The notes below the pieces were generated by a model. That model was given only the letters and a program-made list of their open reading frames with translations, had not been told where the DNA came from and ran no database searches. Position numbers and translations under genes: made by a program. A stretch of DNA of 64,000 bases from Ptychomitrium polyphyllum (taxonomy: Eukaryota), in the NCBI GenBank assembly GCA_973851085.1, contig OZ316775.1, forward strand, positions 20,956,001 to 21,020,000. The letters are read 5' to 3'. Below are positions 25,752 to 43,017 of the stretch, in pieces; within the stretch, counting starts at the first letter, position 1; each line of letters begins with the position of its first letter.

Positions 25752-27659
25752 ATTTCAAAACCAATAAAAACATTCATCTAAAATCTATGTTTTGACGGAA
25801 AAAAACAAGGAGAAATTCCAGAACTCACCAATTCAATCCCAACCTAAAACCATAAGATAAACAATGTACTTGTTTACGAATAGTGAAAATGGTAAAGAGA
25901 GCATGTTATAACATGCTCCTTCCTGAGAGCTACTGAATAGTTTATGTGCAGTCATGGCGGAAATGACCATTTTGGACCAGACATGCACTTATCACCGGTT
26001 CACCGGTGGAAGATATGAAGAATGAATCAAATCACCTGTAATCAATCGTTCCACTCACATTCTCGTGCTGTGGCAGTCACAACCGCAAAGAACTTTCCCA
26101 AAGGAAAAAATATGCCCGCATGGCGTCCTTGTAATAATGAGCCCCAGCAGCCCTTGGGTAATAAACTTTCACCTGGTAGAACCACTGGGGGTAAGAAATT
26201 GAATGCAGCGGGGTATCATGATTCATCATGTCTCGCCCCCCGCGCATGCAAACAAAGCGGCCACCCTGGAAGACCCAAACATAGCACCAATATTTGGCTT
26301 GTCAGGCAGCGCCCCTGGCTGCCTGGGCGGGCCCCACCCGGCAGAGGGGGAAAAACATTCCTAACTGTCCCCTTGATCGCGGATGCGGCTTGTTGAGTTG
26401 TACAATTGGCAGCCAAGTTCCGCTTTTAGACTGCCCGTCTGCCCCCTCCACCCCAGATCATCTTTGAAGATTGTGCAGCCCGCATTAGGCCCCTGCCCTT
26501 GGACTTGAACCCCCCGCGGTTACTATAATGGGCCCACGGTTGCAGTTTCGGCTGTGCTGGGCGGTCGTCGAACTCGCGATAGCTTGCAGGCTCCAGGACG
26601 CCATGGGGCTCTGAGTCGCTGTGTGGGGGATCTGACCGATTGCAGGGCCAAATATAGAGCACTCTTGCTCGATCGCGGCTTTCTTGGGCTTCGTTTTGTC
26701 TGGCTGCAGCTTGTGCTCGGTTGGGGCTAGTACTGGCTTGTGCACTCCTGCATAAGGTTTCTATACCAGGTGGTCGTCTGTGATCGAGAAGCCTCACCTG
26801 GTCATTTGTTCCAGTGACTGAGAGCGGAAGGGTAGAGTACGTGCACGAGCCAGAGGAGAATGAGAGATCGGTCGCATCGTTCTCAACTATTATGGAAAGC
26901 CAGGTAGACTGACAGAGGATTTTAGTTTACTTGCGTTACTATAAACAACAGTAGGATTTATTATCCATCTACCATGCGTGCGTTTCCGGTTTGGGAATAT
27001 ACATAGTGCCAAGGTCTGTCTTTTGAGTGCAGTGGTTTGGTTAGTGGGTGAAACCAGGGTTATGACTTTCAGGATCAAATTGAGCAGCTCTTTATTGAAG
27101 GGAATTTTTTTGGTCTTGTGGACATGCTCGCCGCTTTCATGGCTCACCAGCTAACTAATACAAAACCCTTTAGATCATCGAGTGAGAATTCAAAGTCGAT
27201 GACTGACGACTCCAAGAGGGTTGCAGCTGGTTATGATCGTTGGACATGATTTCAGCATTAGCATAAGCTGGGAGGAGTCTCATCATGCACGACATAGACA
27301 CACGAGTCCGATACAGTATCAAGGAGAGCGAGATCTTTGCCTATAAGTTGAAGCAAACTGCTGTGCACCTCATTCTTCATACGTTAGTACAAATATCAAC
27401 TCTGTTTTCAGGGCTCAAGTGCTCAGACAGATTAGACAAGCTTGCGACTTACATACAGTCCGTACGTGCATAAAGTATTATTTTTTCGACCATCTCTTAA
27501 AATGATCACTGTCTACAATTGTCATACAATACAACATTGGAAACTGTAGTTATGATAACGCCATCTTTGTACACTCCACACAACAAAACTAAGTTGCTCG
27601 TTTGTTTCATGATAGTTGCTGACACAGGACCACTATACATAGTTTGCTCAAGACGTATC

Positions 27660-31211
<3,552 letters not shown>

Positions 31212-32669
31212 TGTGTTAGAACACCTGCAAAAGTAAAGCATCTACAGGGTCATCTTCTCCACTACAAATCAATTATGCAGCAATCTAATACCAATTCCTG
31301 TAGCCACAGCCTTGCAACAACCCACTGAAACCGCACAACATAAAAAGAGCAGATAGATCAAAACATCCCTCGCTTCAAGGAAAGGTTGCAAATGCAAAAA
31401 ACCAAAAGCAGGTTGCAATTGAATACAAACCTACTGATACTACAGAGCTGCATCGTCCAATCCCAGTTGCCAATCTACGCAAATTCTTGGTCGCAGCAAA
31501 TGCAAGTTTTTCTGAAACGCTGTGATGAAATTGTATCAAGGTGGGAGTTCCGGGAGGGTGAGTACAAATGAAGGTAGCGAGGCTGTGTAGAAAGTGTACT
31601 TAATTGTTCATCGAAGGGAAAAAGTTGTATAACAGCCTCGAAATGCACATAAGTTAGTTGGTTTCCAACAGCCTCGGCATGCACTAGTAATAGCTCCTGC
31701 TCACTATCGTCATCCCATGTCATACTCAACCAGTCCTCAACTCAACCACTTCTCGACTCAACCAAATCTCTTGATTCCAGAGAAACGGCAAGCCAGGAGC
31801 TTACGAACCCCAAGTCACTAAACCCTAAGGACCAAATCAAATCCTTTCCACATCACCATCCTTCCAAGTTTGAAGTCCTAAAATATCCAAGATACCACTT
31901 TGAAGTGAGGTATGTAGCCATCGATAACTAGCGTTTACAACTTCGAATCTCAGAAATACACAAGTTACTGATCGTGCTAACTCGTTTGCAGACGAGTTAT
32001 TGAATAAGCACTAGAACTTCATAAAAGACATGTAGACTGCGACAATTCACAACATAAAGCAGCGTTTTGATAAAGGAGCCGTACATGAAGCTAAAAACAG
32101 GTTTAGAAGCATTCAGAAAGAAGGCGACCTACAGTTCGATTGAGCATAAGCTTCGTCATAATGAGAAGTCAAAATCCCAAACCCCCGGTATGCCCTGACT
32201 TCTTCCCTCTAAACCCCAAAAACCCAAGGATAAACAAGATTCAGCGAGAACCTCACAGTAATTTTCAGTATCGCCAGTTGGAACAAAATCCAAACCGGTG
32301 CAAACAGAACTGAACACAATTCCACACATCGTACAGCACCTCCAATGAAACTCACAAAATTGAGCTCGACTAGTCTAATCAGAAACCAGCTCTCGGAACT
32401 GATCTGAAATAAAAAAATATCAACCGTACAAATGCTCTCCTCATCAAAATGCAACTGCAGCCTTAGCACAATAGCTCCCTTAGAAACCCTTCTAAATCCC
32501 TTGCAAAAGCTGAGGTTTTTGAGTGCACATAAGTTACGGCTATCCGATGCATGAGCACAAACACCAGGCGCATGCACAAAATAGACCGTGGGAAGAGGTG
32601 AAGTGGCTAGTTTCAGCAAACAAACTCAATGGAGGAATAGCAAAGATGCAGACCCACATTGACAGAGTG

Positions 32670-32910
32670 GATCACAACCTGGGCTCAAACTCCGAACCTT
32701 TACCGTGAGAAGAATCAACCACATGCAATCTAGGAGGCTCAAAGGTCCCATCTTTACCGTTGAAAGAATCAGTCGCAACCTGGGCTCAAAGGTCCAAGCT
32801 TCACACAATGCAAGAATCAATCGCAACCTGGGGGGGCTCAAAGGCTCCACCATCACCACTGGAAGAATCAACACACCACAACAATGGAGGCTCAAAGGTG
32901 CACGCTTCAC
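32670..32910. repeat. ~5 degenerate copies of a ~45-50-bp unit (aagaatcaa...gcaacctgggctcaaaggtcc)
   Basis: Recurrent AAGAATCA and GGCTCAAAGG motifs at regular spacing. Confidence 0.8.
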
Positions 32911-33463
32911 CTAGCACACCCAGAGTGCAAAGACCAAGAGGACGGGAGCGGCACTAACCGCAATGAGAAGCAGAGTGGCACAAGCAAGGATCGGATGGAC
33001 TCCTAGCAAGGGGCGCAATCCGTGAGATCGGAGAAGCCGATGAAGTGTTAGGTGAAGCTGCTCTGCAAAGGTGCTCTGCGTTGGTGCTCTGCGTCTGTCG
33101 CCATCGCTCATGGTGGACTGTCTCTCTGATTGTGCAGATTCTAGCCTCTCGGTGATGGGTCTCAAGTGGTTCTGTTGGTCGTGCGGCGAGCCGTAAGGCC
33201 GTGCGAGGCAGAACAAGTAGTGACACGTTTCCAATTTGTCCTTCGACCGTGCTCCACGCTGGCTTGGTACATCCGACGTGGCTTGCTATTAAACACAACG
33301 GGTCCTGCATGGGTCCAACCTCCCAAGCACCAAGACGAGGAAGAGCTCCGAACGTTTGATTATTTCGCTTGAGGGGCAGAGTCTCAGGATGAGTACTTCA
33401 AGGTCCCACACTGTAAATCCAGCCCTTGTAATGTGGGGCCTAGGAACATCCTCTCCAATTTTA

Positions 33464-33499
33464 AATTGCGAGTATACCTTTAAAGGTATATTCGCAATT
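33464..33499. repeat. 36-bp near-perfect palindrome (18-bp arms, 1 mismatch)
   Basis: aattgcgagtataccttt|aaaggtatattcgcaatt. Confidence 0.9.
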
Positions 33500-33599
33500 A
33501 TAGGTTGGTAGCACCAAGGGTGAGCTGTGCAAGGTGGTATTATGAATGGCACTCCCTCTAATAAATAAGTGGTAGGCGCTTCATCAATACGTTAAGTTT

Positions 33600-35450
33600 G
33601 GTAGGAGGCTTGATGATGCACATAACTCCACTACCAATTTGTTGACTCTATCTTTACAAATAAAGAAATAAGGAAGATTTTGATAAACATAGATATTAAG
33701 TAAATGTTTGGTAGGCGTTGGTTTGCTATTGAATCTTAAGGGTGTATATGGATTTCATTTATCACTTGTTAAATTGTCAAGCACACTAGGCTTAGGCTTT
33801 GCTTAGAAATTTCTTTGCTTGCTCATGCATTATAATTGCCAACCACTACAATTTACAAAAATAATATATATTGTAGGTTACACAATAACAAATAGCATTT
33901 GCTCATCAAGTATCCTTTCTTCTTTGTCAATTCATATGCAACATGTTGAAGAATCTATTTCAATTTGTGTAATTGCTACTAGAATATTCTTTTATTTGGC
34001 ACTTTTTAAAATTGATTTATCTTCAACAATATAGATTTTTGAAATAGCAAGAACTTGTAATAGTTAAAGAGCTTGACGAGTAAATAATTACAACTTCCAA
34101 TTGCTTAAGAATTTTGTAATTTAAGTTTCATTCATGTATATTGTATAGATTAGATGATTAATAATTCATTAGAAGGATTTGAGATGTATGTAGTAATTTA
34201 TTTTTTTGTTCATGTTATTATTGAGTTTATGATTAAATATTTTGTTTAATTGTCTTTTTAATCCCTATTAGATCTACATGCACTAAGAACCATTGTAATA
34301 ATGGAAGTCAATAAAAGCACCATTATATGGATATATTGATCTTTGAATGTTATAGAAGAAACTCAATTTTTTAGATTCAAATACAATTTACACTAATATT
34401 ATTTATATTAAATACAATAATAAGCATAAAAGCACTTATGACATCCAAACCAATTTAAATGACAATAGTTACAATTAATAAGAAGGTTGTTGCTAAAATT
34501 GCAAGGTTACTATTGTATTAATGCTAAGCACCAAAGCAAGTATTCTTGTGTTAAAATGCTCTTAATTGTATAGCATTCCATTAATGTGTAATTAAAAGGG
34601 TTTGATGACATTTGAACATCAAAGCATTGGAATTGAATCCAACATTTGCTTCAATGTATCAAATGCCTAGTGCAATTTTTAATTTTAATTCTATGGCTGG
34701 TTTGTTCTTATAAAAATAATTAAAGCTTTGGCAACTAAGCTAAATTTTTTTAACAACTGAATGATAATAATCTAATAATTTGAAGAAAGCACAAAGCCAC
34801 AATACATCATCAAGTATTAGAATCTTTTGCAAAACATCCACTTTAATTTAATGTATACTCAAGTGCTTAATATAATCATGTGGTTCAAATATGATATTCA
34901 ACAATGGAAAAACTTACATTTGCCTATATGCAAGTTTAATTTCTATTGCTGTAATTGCCTATAAATGCCTCATGTCTTCTTATAAGTTTTTACTAAAAAT
35001 AATAACATCATCAATATAACATCTTGAAAATGATAAGTTAATTTAAACTTAATACATCATCTTCTAAAATTCAACTAGTGCATTTTGAAGGCTAAATTGA
35101 AGAAATTTCTAATTGTAGAATTCATCCTTGGGATTGTAATGAACTTCCAAATATTTATTTCACTTAATTTCCAACAAATAGTGGCAGTAGGTGATAATTG
35201 GATTATAAGCCTAAAGTACTAAAAACTCAAATAAATCCTACTACATGATATAACTTTTCAAGCATTGGTATAGGATATTGGGCCAAATTAGTCTTATAGT
35301 TAACATGATCCATCATAGAAGTATTTGTTACACAAACAGTATTGTTTATGTTTTTAAAACTTTGAACAAGTTTTTTTTTCTAATATTGGCATTTGTATTT
35401 GCTAATAGCTTATAAATGGAACTCATCAATTGCCAAGTCCAACATATATC
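33600..35450 (-). mobile_element. Decayed Ty3/gypsy RT-RNase H region
   Basis: Minus strand: QYPIPMLEKL...VFSTLGL*SNYHLLPL (~35180-35290, cf. FSTLDLRSGYHQ), YIDDVIIFSK (YIDD 35007-35018), KPF*LH (~34590-34605). Many stops; boundaries approximate. Confidence 0.8.
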
Positions 35451-35885
35451 CTAGACTAAGAAATATGCATTATACTTTGACAACATGCATGAATACTAGT
35501 GGAAGGGCCAATATTGCAAATGAAAGAAGGATTGTTGATGGCTTATACAAGGTAACAAAATATCATGATGAACTCAAATTGTTTATATAAGTTTAGCAAT
35601 TTATATTAGCAATGAATTTATTTGCTACAATATTGGAGACTCTATAATTGTATATAAATCTATAAAAAAGTTGAAAGTTATGATTACATATAGAAAACAA
35701 AGTAATATGGATGATAATATGAAAGCTTGAGGAAGTGCTTATAAGGTGGCTTTTAGATATATAATTTAAGTATTGGCTTCTAATTGAAGGTTGCATTTGA
35801 TTCAAAGACTCTAAAAGAATAAAAGAGCATATGATATTAGAACTAAAACTAAGATAAAGTTCAAAAATACATCCAACGTATTTTT

Positions 35886-36328
35886 TGTGGATTATAGGAT
35901 CAATTATAGTTTAGTAAAAATACATTTGAGGATCTACTTGATGCTTGATTTAATTCCAACCTTCTTTTATTTCTCCTACACGAGTTATTACAAACAAAGT
36001 AACCTCAAGATAAGGCTTTGAGATTCCAAAATGTAGAACAAAATAAGTCCAAGGTATATTAGAGGTAAAGAGCGACGACAAGGTATAAAAGACAAGGCCA
36101 GAAGGTCTGAACTAGACCACAAGAAATGCGTTCTCGAGACTAAAGAGCAGCCTTGACTCCTATATATATTAGAACTACAAGCCTTGGAAGCTTCTTGGGA
36201 AGCTTCACGTACATTGCTTTGTACTCAAGCAACCTCGAGTTGCTTCCTAAGCCAAGATTACTTCCTTAAAAGCTTCCTAAATCTTTTAAGAACCTTTCTA
36301 AATGCTTCTAATATGTATGTCTGCGACA
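35886..36328 (-). mobile_element. Probable LTR related to the 4390-5022 LTR type
   Basis: The minus strand begins TGTCGCAGACA (cf. TGTCAGAGACA) and has AGGAAG repeats and TATATATAGGAGTCAAG (cf. TATAAATAGGAGGCAAG). Inner boundary uncertain. Confidence 0.55.
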
Positions 36329-37949
36329 CGAGTATTGCTATGGAATTGAAAGTTTTTTATAAAAGAACTAGAAGAAATCCTAGGCATGACAAAGATTCAT
36401 GATTGGCTTTTCTAAAAGCCATCATGCATAGCATTATGTATCATTTTTCACACTATAATGACATCTTAATGTCTTCAATCTTAAATTTAAAACATTACAA
36501 GGTGTCTTGCACAATAATTTAATAAAAATTACCAATCTTTTAACAAAGTAGGAATTGTTACTTTTGCTTACACTTAGTAATATCCTTTAAGCATTTGCTT
36601 TACATAAATTATAACAATTTTCACAATTATCTTATTTAATTTTCTCATTTTTAAATAAATCAAATTATAACAATCTTTATAGATATTATCAATGGTATGT
36701 AGTGTAATTTAATGTAGGGATTTTTTCATCCATTTAGTGTAAATTTCATGTTAATTGATTTTTGGTATTGATTAGGAATTGAGGAGGTGTTAAGTAAAGA
36801 ATTCTCTTAGATTGGCATTTAAAAAAAAATCAAGTCTTATTAGTGTAATTTGAGAGACAATCTTTGTTAGGATTTACTTAAAGATGGTGGTGTAATCATT
36901 TAGTAAAGTCTTAAGTTTCTTCTTACACTTATATTCTTACATTCTTCCTTTATGATGTGAAAAATAGCTTGACTCATAGGGTGTGCTTTCTTCTTTGTTC
37001 TCTTAAGTGTCTATTTACAATACTTTATGATTTGATTTAGTGTAAGTTTGATAATGCATATGGTAAATAATCTGCTTGCTATGGTAGCCTGGAAATCTAC
37101 ACGACACTGAGTTTCAGATGCTTGGAAGTGGCATGTAATGCAATAGAGAGGCGGATGAGTAAGCTTCAAAGCAAGCAAAGGCACATTAATCAAATTAATA
37201 GTTTGTGGTGTAAGCCATGAACAACTTGGTCATTGCTTTAAGTGGACAATGAGGCCAACCAGATGCACCACCTTACTAGCCTTGGGTAAAGACAATGCAA
37301 GCAATTTCGATAGAAAACTAAACCACCAGCATGATTTTAGCCTCCAACTCTAGCAATTGTAAACAACAACGGTGAATCTGCTGCTGATAAGGAACCCTTT
37401 CATCCAGCAGCATTCTTTGACCTAGTTAGGAGAACATGATAGGCGTTAGTGTTTCATGAATAATTTTTATGGTGTATGTACAAGAGTGAAGGGAATCAGT
37501 ATATGAAGAAATTGTCAATTTACAGTAGCAAGGCAGAAGCTAAATAACATGGTTTCTGTTTACCTTATTGCTAAGCTATTGCCGTCAAACCCTTCCTTCT
37601 CATGCATTGATAATACCTCATGTGCAAGATAAATATTATGTAATTTGGATTGAGAGTTGCCTATGTTGAAGCTTTTTTGAGCTTAACCTAAAAGCCACCT
37701 CAAAACATGATCTTCTGCGTATGCTTTTTATACATGGATACCAAAGGGAATAAAAAAGAAATACTTTAGAATTTAAACAAGTGCATTATCATTGTGTTGA
37801 ATTTTATTCTTGAAGATAGAGCTTTAAGCATGAACTTGAATTCTTCAATGCAAGTTTTAAAGTAAAGTAGTTTTTTAATGACAAACATCTTGAAAAATAA
37901 CACTGTGAAGTACAACAATGAAAGAGAAGATGTAGAAATGACTAGTATT

Positions 37950-39260
37950 TTAAATACTAAGATTGAGCTAATGGAATAAATTCACTTCCAACCTATTTTT
38001 TCTTGGTACCACCAACAAGTCATTGATTTGTAGCCCAAATCTTTAAATAATCATCAACATTTGATTGCATAGCTTCATATATTGAGACTTCAAGCAACCT
38101 AATTAATTAATTAGAAGATTAACTAACAAAAAATAATGCATCAGAATAACAACAAATAATCACATTAGGGAACAAAATAATATGAAGGCCAATGATATGT
38201 TTGAGGTTTCTAAATGGTTGCTTTAAAAATTTTAAAGAATTTTAAACAACATTATTTTCCATGTCTACATAACTTGACATTATACTTATTCCATCAACAT
38301 TATGCTAATTCCATCAATTGAAAAGGATGCATTAAAAAAAACTATTGTAGTTGTTAACAAATATAACAAAGATTATTTTAAGAGATTGATATCATTTATT
38401 GAGCTTGCTATACCAAAAAAAAAAATTTAAAATGTCTAATTTTATCAACTACAACTTGGCATTCCATTGAAGAGCATTTCAATTTGAAATAAAAGCACTT
38501 TTTAAGATTAATGGTGGATTTTACAATATAAAAATAAGTGCCAGCTATAATATCCTCTATAGTTAAAAGCCCACATGGTTCTTGAAACTCTTCCATGCAC
38601 AAATCAAAATGGTTGCTTATGGCCAAACAATTACTAATTCAAAACTCCATTATTACTAGCTTAATTAAATCTAGGATTGTTTAAATGTATTATAAACCTT
38701 TTAGTTGCAAACATATCAAAATATTGAAGCAAATTAGCTCCTTATATGAGCTTATGCTATATCATAACAATCTTAACAATGAGAAGAAATGCTTTACAAA
38801 ATAATGCATTTTATGCTCAAGATAAGGGTGCAAAAAACGTGCAATAATGAGTACATTCAACTTATACATTTGAAGTTTTCTAATTAGTATATGTATCATA
38901 TTAAAATAACAAGAAGTATAAAAATATGTTGTAAAATGTGGAAATTTTACCAATCCAATTTTGTTCATCAAAAGATTTGCATGAATGATACTCATTAAGA
39001 ATTAAAAACACTTCACGAACTTTTGAACGTTCTTCAATTAAAAGCTTGAGTTTGTATGAAACAAAAGTACTTGCAATAAAAATGTATTATGATTGACAAG
39101 TAAAAGTTTTAAGTTTTCTTTAGAAAAAGATGGATTATAAGTAGCAAGCTTAGATTGCAACAATAATAATTTTGTTGATATCCCAATTACAAAATTCATA
39201 GTGACAATGATAAACAATAAATGATTTACGGGTTTCAAAAAGTTGTATTGCATCCATTAT
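37950..39260 (-). mobile_element. Decayed Ty3/gypsy RNase H and integrase remnants, probably from more than one element
   Basis: IVTMNFVIGIS (cf. ISMDFITGLP) in ORF 39038-39253; CSSMECQVVVDKIRHF (cf. YSSYEGECLAVVWAVAHF) in ORF 38408-38626. Confidence 0.55.
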
Positions 39261-42200
39261 TTTCTTTTTTACTTATGGCACTATGTCCAAAGTAGCCTTG
39301 GCTATTATATATAACTAGCTCAAATAAAAGATTCCAAAAGAAAGATTTAAAAGATGTGCAACAAAATTTAGGTTACAAAATAATTTATTATGAAGTTGAT
39401 AAAATCTAAAGATGGTAAAGAAAAAAAGATAAAACAAGTTGCAAAGGTGAAGAAAATGAAAAGTTAATAAGTATAATTTAATAATTAAAAAAAAGGTTGA
39501 CTTATTGATAAGTGAATTTGTTAAGTTTAATAGTCATTTGTATCACCCTGGCATGATGTAAATGATTTTTTGTCATTGCAATTTTTTTCAACAATTATCA
39601 AATATCTTAGTAATTATTGATTTTGATAAAGAAACAATAAATATGTCTTTTAAATATTGTATTTATGCCTCAAGTTTGTTAAGTGTGCCATATTAAAAGA
39701 ATTAGCTTTCTTTCAAAGCCATGAAGGTTGAAATACTTCTATGCTGCTACAACTTATAATTGCAAATATTTTTAATTATAGGTGAATATTTTGAATGAAA
39801 ATATTTGAATATAAATATAATAATTTTTGAAGACAAAAACCTATATTGAAATCATTAATTTCATATGCATTATGTATTGATGTATTTTTAATTTTTTTTA
39901 CAAATTTTACAAAATTGTAATCATTTCATAACATTTAATAACATCTCATCTTCATTCTTTCACAATACATGGTTTAGAGTTTTAATGAATACATGTTCTG
40001 AAAATGTTGTTTAAAGTGATTTATGAAATTCAGTTATATTTAAAACTCTTCTTTGCTAAATTTTAGGTTTTAGTACCACAAATTGTTAATTTTTAGTTTT
40101 TTATTCCAGTTTCAGAATTGGAATATGTAAATTCATTTAAACCAACCAATATAGACTCTTTAATTTTAGCCATTCGTGTCATACTAAAAAATTAAAATGT
40201 TGATTCATTGAAATTTTGAAGGATAAACCTCATTTATCAAAGTTTCTAAAAACATTGGTTTATACAGTAGCACCTTTTTCACGTGGCTACATGTAATTTT
40301 CTTTGTGGATGTAAAGAGTTTCAATAGAAGGTGCTGAATTAAAAAGTGGAGACTTACAAACTAACGTTAGAAATGGACGTTTATCCATCAATTATGTTTT
40401 ACCTATAGAAGTATAAAATCTAGTACCTTCAGTGGCACTAATTCAGAGAATATACAACACAGTACATTATACGAATAGAAAAAGATTACTTCCAGAAGAG
40501 AACATGTTGTGTTTATTTGGAACATAGAGACGACATGTCTAGGTGCATGGGAATCTCAGACTAGCGTGGCCCCAGTAAAGTGGACCATAGCATACTTTTG
40601 CCGTCAATCAGGGGTTGTAAATCGCCTGCTCACGGTCAATCTTGCAGTTGGCTGACGAGCCTCCTTCCGGCTATCCCAAGGAAGGTAAGTTAAACACTCG
40701 TCAGCCAAACTTCGGTACTACTAAGCCAGAGCCTTTCGTTCTGCAACACTGAACGTGAACAGCACACCTGCCCCCCTGTCCTTGACAAACGGAGGCTTGT
40801 CAAAGTGCAACTCAGAATTGGAGGCCAGTACAGTATTGGAGTACCAGTAGCTCCCCACCCAACTTATACGTCGTCAGCTTGGACGACTGGCAAATTCAAC
40901 CAACTCACCTGGACAGGACTCAAGATCAATTGAGCAGAGCGCTACACTATGGACACGGAGGCGAAGTAAAAGTTACGCGAGACAGGCCCTATCATCAGTC
41001 TTGCCGAATAGGTAAGTATAGAAAAGCAGTTACTTTTTGGAAAAGATCTATACAACACTCTGAGGTTTGTAATCCCGATATGTGCTGGAGTCTCGTGGAG
41101 ACGGACTGATTTGATACACCTCCCTTAACTTAGATAGAGCTACCTACCTAGCACAGTTAGGCCCCGTTGCTGATAATCTACCATCGGTGATTTCATTCCT
41201 CACTGCCTTGTATAAGTTGGAGGAGAGAAAATACCAAAAGAATTATAAAAGGTTAAAAAGTTAAAAAGTGGAGAGCAGCGAGGGAGTGCATGATGAGTGG
41301 AGAGAGAGAAGGAGCTCTAGGAGGTGCTGCAGTAGGAGCCGCAGTTCGGCAATGGCATTCAACTGGAGCCCTGACGCCCAGCTCAGTGCTGGCACGGCCA
41401 TTGGCTAACAACTCATGCGAGCAAGGGAGTGCGTTTTCAAGGAGTTGGACTGGACGCAGACAGACGATTGGCACTAACTTAGTGTTTCTTCCAGATGTGG
41501 ACTCGTCACCCAGTTGGAGGGTCGATTAGTATTCATGGTCCTATACATCTGGACATCTAGACGCCGATCTTTGAGAGGCAGGACGGCGAGAGTTTGCTTC
41601 TGAGAGCTAGAGTTGCAGTAGGTGATTGAAAGTTGTGACCTTTGAGAGTTGGGTGCTCGTGTGACAGTCCGGTGCACAGATGGGTGTTTGATTACGAGAG
41701 TCTCGTGGTTTTGCATCCTTGTTCTTGCCACTGGCATGCAGCCAGGGAGTTTGATGATGTCAGGGAGGGAGCGGGAGGTAAATGATCGAGACTAATTGTG
41801 ATGGCAATATGAGGCTGATGGTGCTCCAGCTTTGCAATGGTTTGGATGTTGTGAGCGTCGTAGAGCGGGAGTTGCGAGTTTGCGCTTGTGGTCTTGGTGG
41901 GAAAGTTTTGGAATGAGGTCGTTGCCGGCTGTGTAGAACGTCGCTGTCGATGTTCGCGCGGAAGGAGGAGGAAACATTAGTTGATATGTTTTGGCAGTGT
42001 ACCGTTTGGCGCTCTGAGAATACAGAAAGTGGTGTTGTGTAGTCCTGAGTTTGATAGACGAAGACTTGGAGATATGGAAAATTACTGAAGGACGAGGAGG
42101 GATGTAACTAGAAATAAAGCGGTAGGTTGATGTTGACCAGATCGACAGCTCTTGTAGGATCCTGTAAGTTGGCGAGGTGGTGGGAGTAGGACGGACGGAG

Positions 42201-43017
42201 AATGTTTCTGTGACATATCTAGCTCCAGACTTAAAAATTCCACAGAGAAATTAGGAGGTCGATCTGAATCTGGATGATGATCTTTGAGGCTTCCATAAGC
42301 TCCTTTGTGGCAAAGGATTTGGTGTGGAGCTGCTAACGGGGTTTCCTATTCCGTCCCCATGGCTCCATCGACGAAGCGTCAATTGTGACTGATGAAGCAG
42401 CAGCGTTACCTCGACGCATCTTTGTCGAACCAGCGAATGTTTGTTGGAATTCCCTTCGTATTGTACTTGGGAAATGATATGATCTTCCAATTTGTTGAAA
42501 CGAGAGCATAGTCATAATTTACCTAGTGTTGAAGTCCGAGGTCCAGATTATGGGAGTACAGGAGCTAAAGCTGCAACACTGCGATGTGTTGTTAGCATGT
42601 CAGGTTATTTTGAGTACCTTGTGTGTCGAGCGCCGCTCACAATGTGATAAGCTTGTTGAAGGGAAAAACGCAACGAACGCTCTGTGAGATAGAACGGTAA
42701 TAATTTGATATTTATCTCTAAATTGCATGTAGAGCTGACGTCATTTTCTGACTTCGCACTAGAATCTGAAATTAAGTCGTGACCTTTGTAATGATCTTCT
42801 CGCAAAAAATTGAGATGACTTTAGGGTACAATTAGGACAAGCATGCTTTGCGCTAGACTGCTCACCATGATAAGACGTCAATTTAAGTATCTGAGTACAC
42901 AGTGAAGCTGAAGAAAAAAGCGCTGTAAGCTATGGTCAGCCTGTTTACTGCTTTGAAAGTGGCTTTTACAATGTGGGAATATTGTGGTTGATATTATGAT
43001 GCAGTTGAGTATTCAAC

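Noticed and set aside
33600..40300. AT-rich tract as an endogenous giant-virus insertion
   Set aside because: The recognisable remnants are Ty3/gypsy RT, RNase H, integrase and LTR; no viral hallmark gene was seen.
41730..41752. TGGCATGCAGCCAGGGAG resembling a miR160 site
   Set aside because: Only the first 10 nt match; the part pairing with the miRNA 5' seed does not.
40800..43000. Short ORFs upstream of the CNGC
   Set aside because: No domains or consistent splice structure; more likely promoter, 5'UTR and leader intron.
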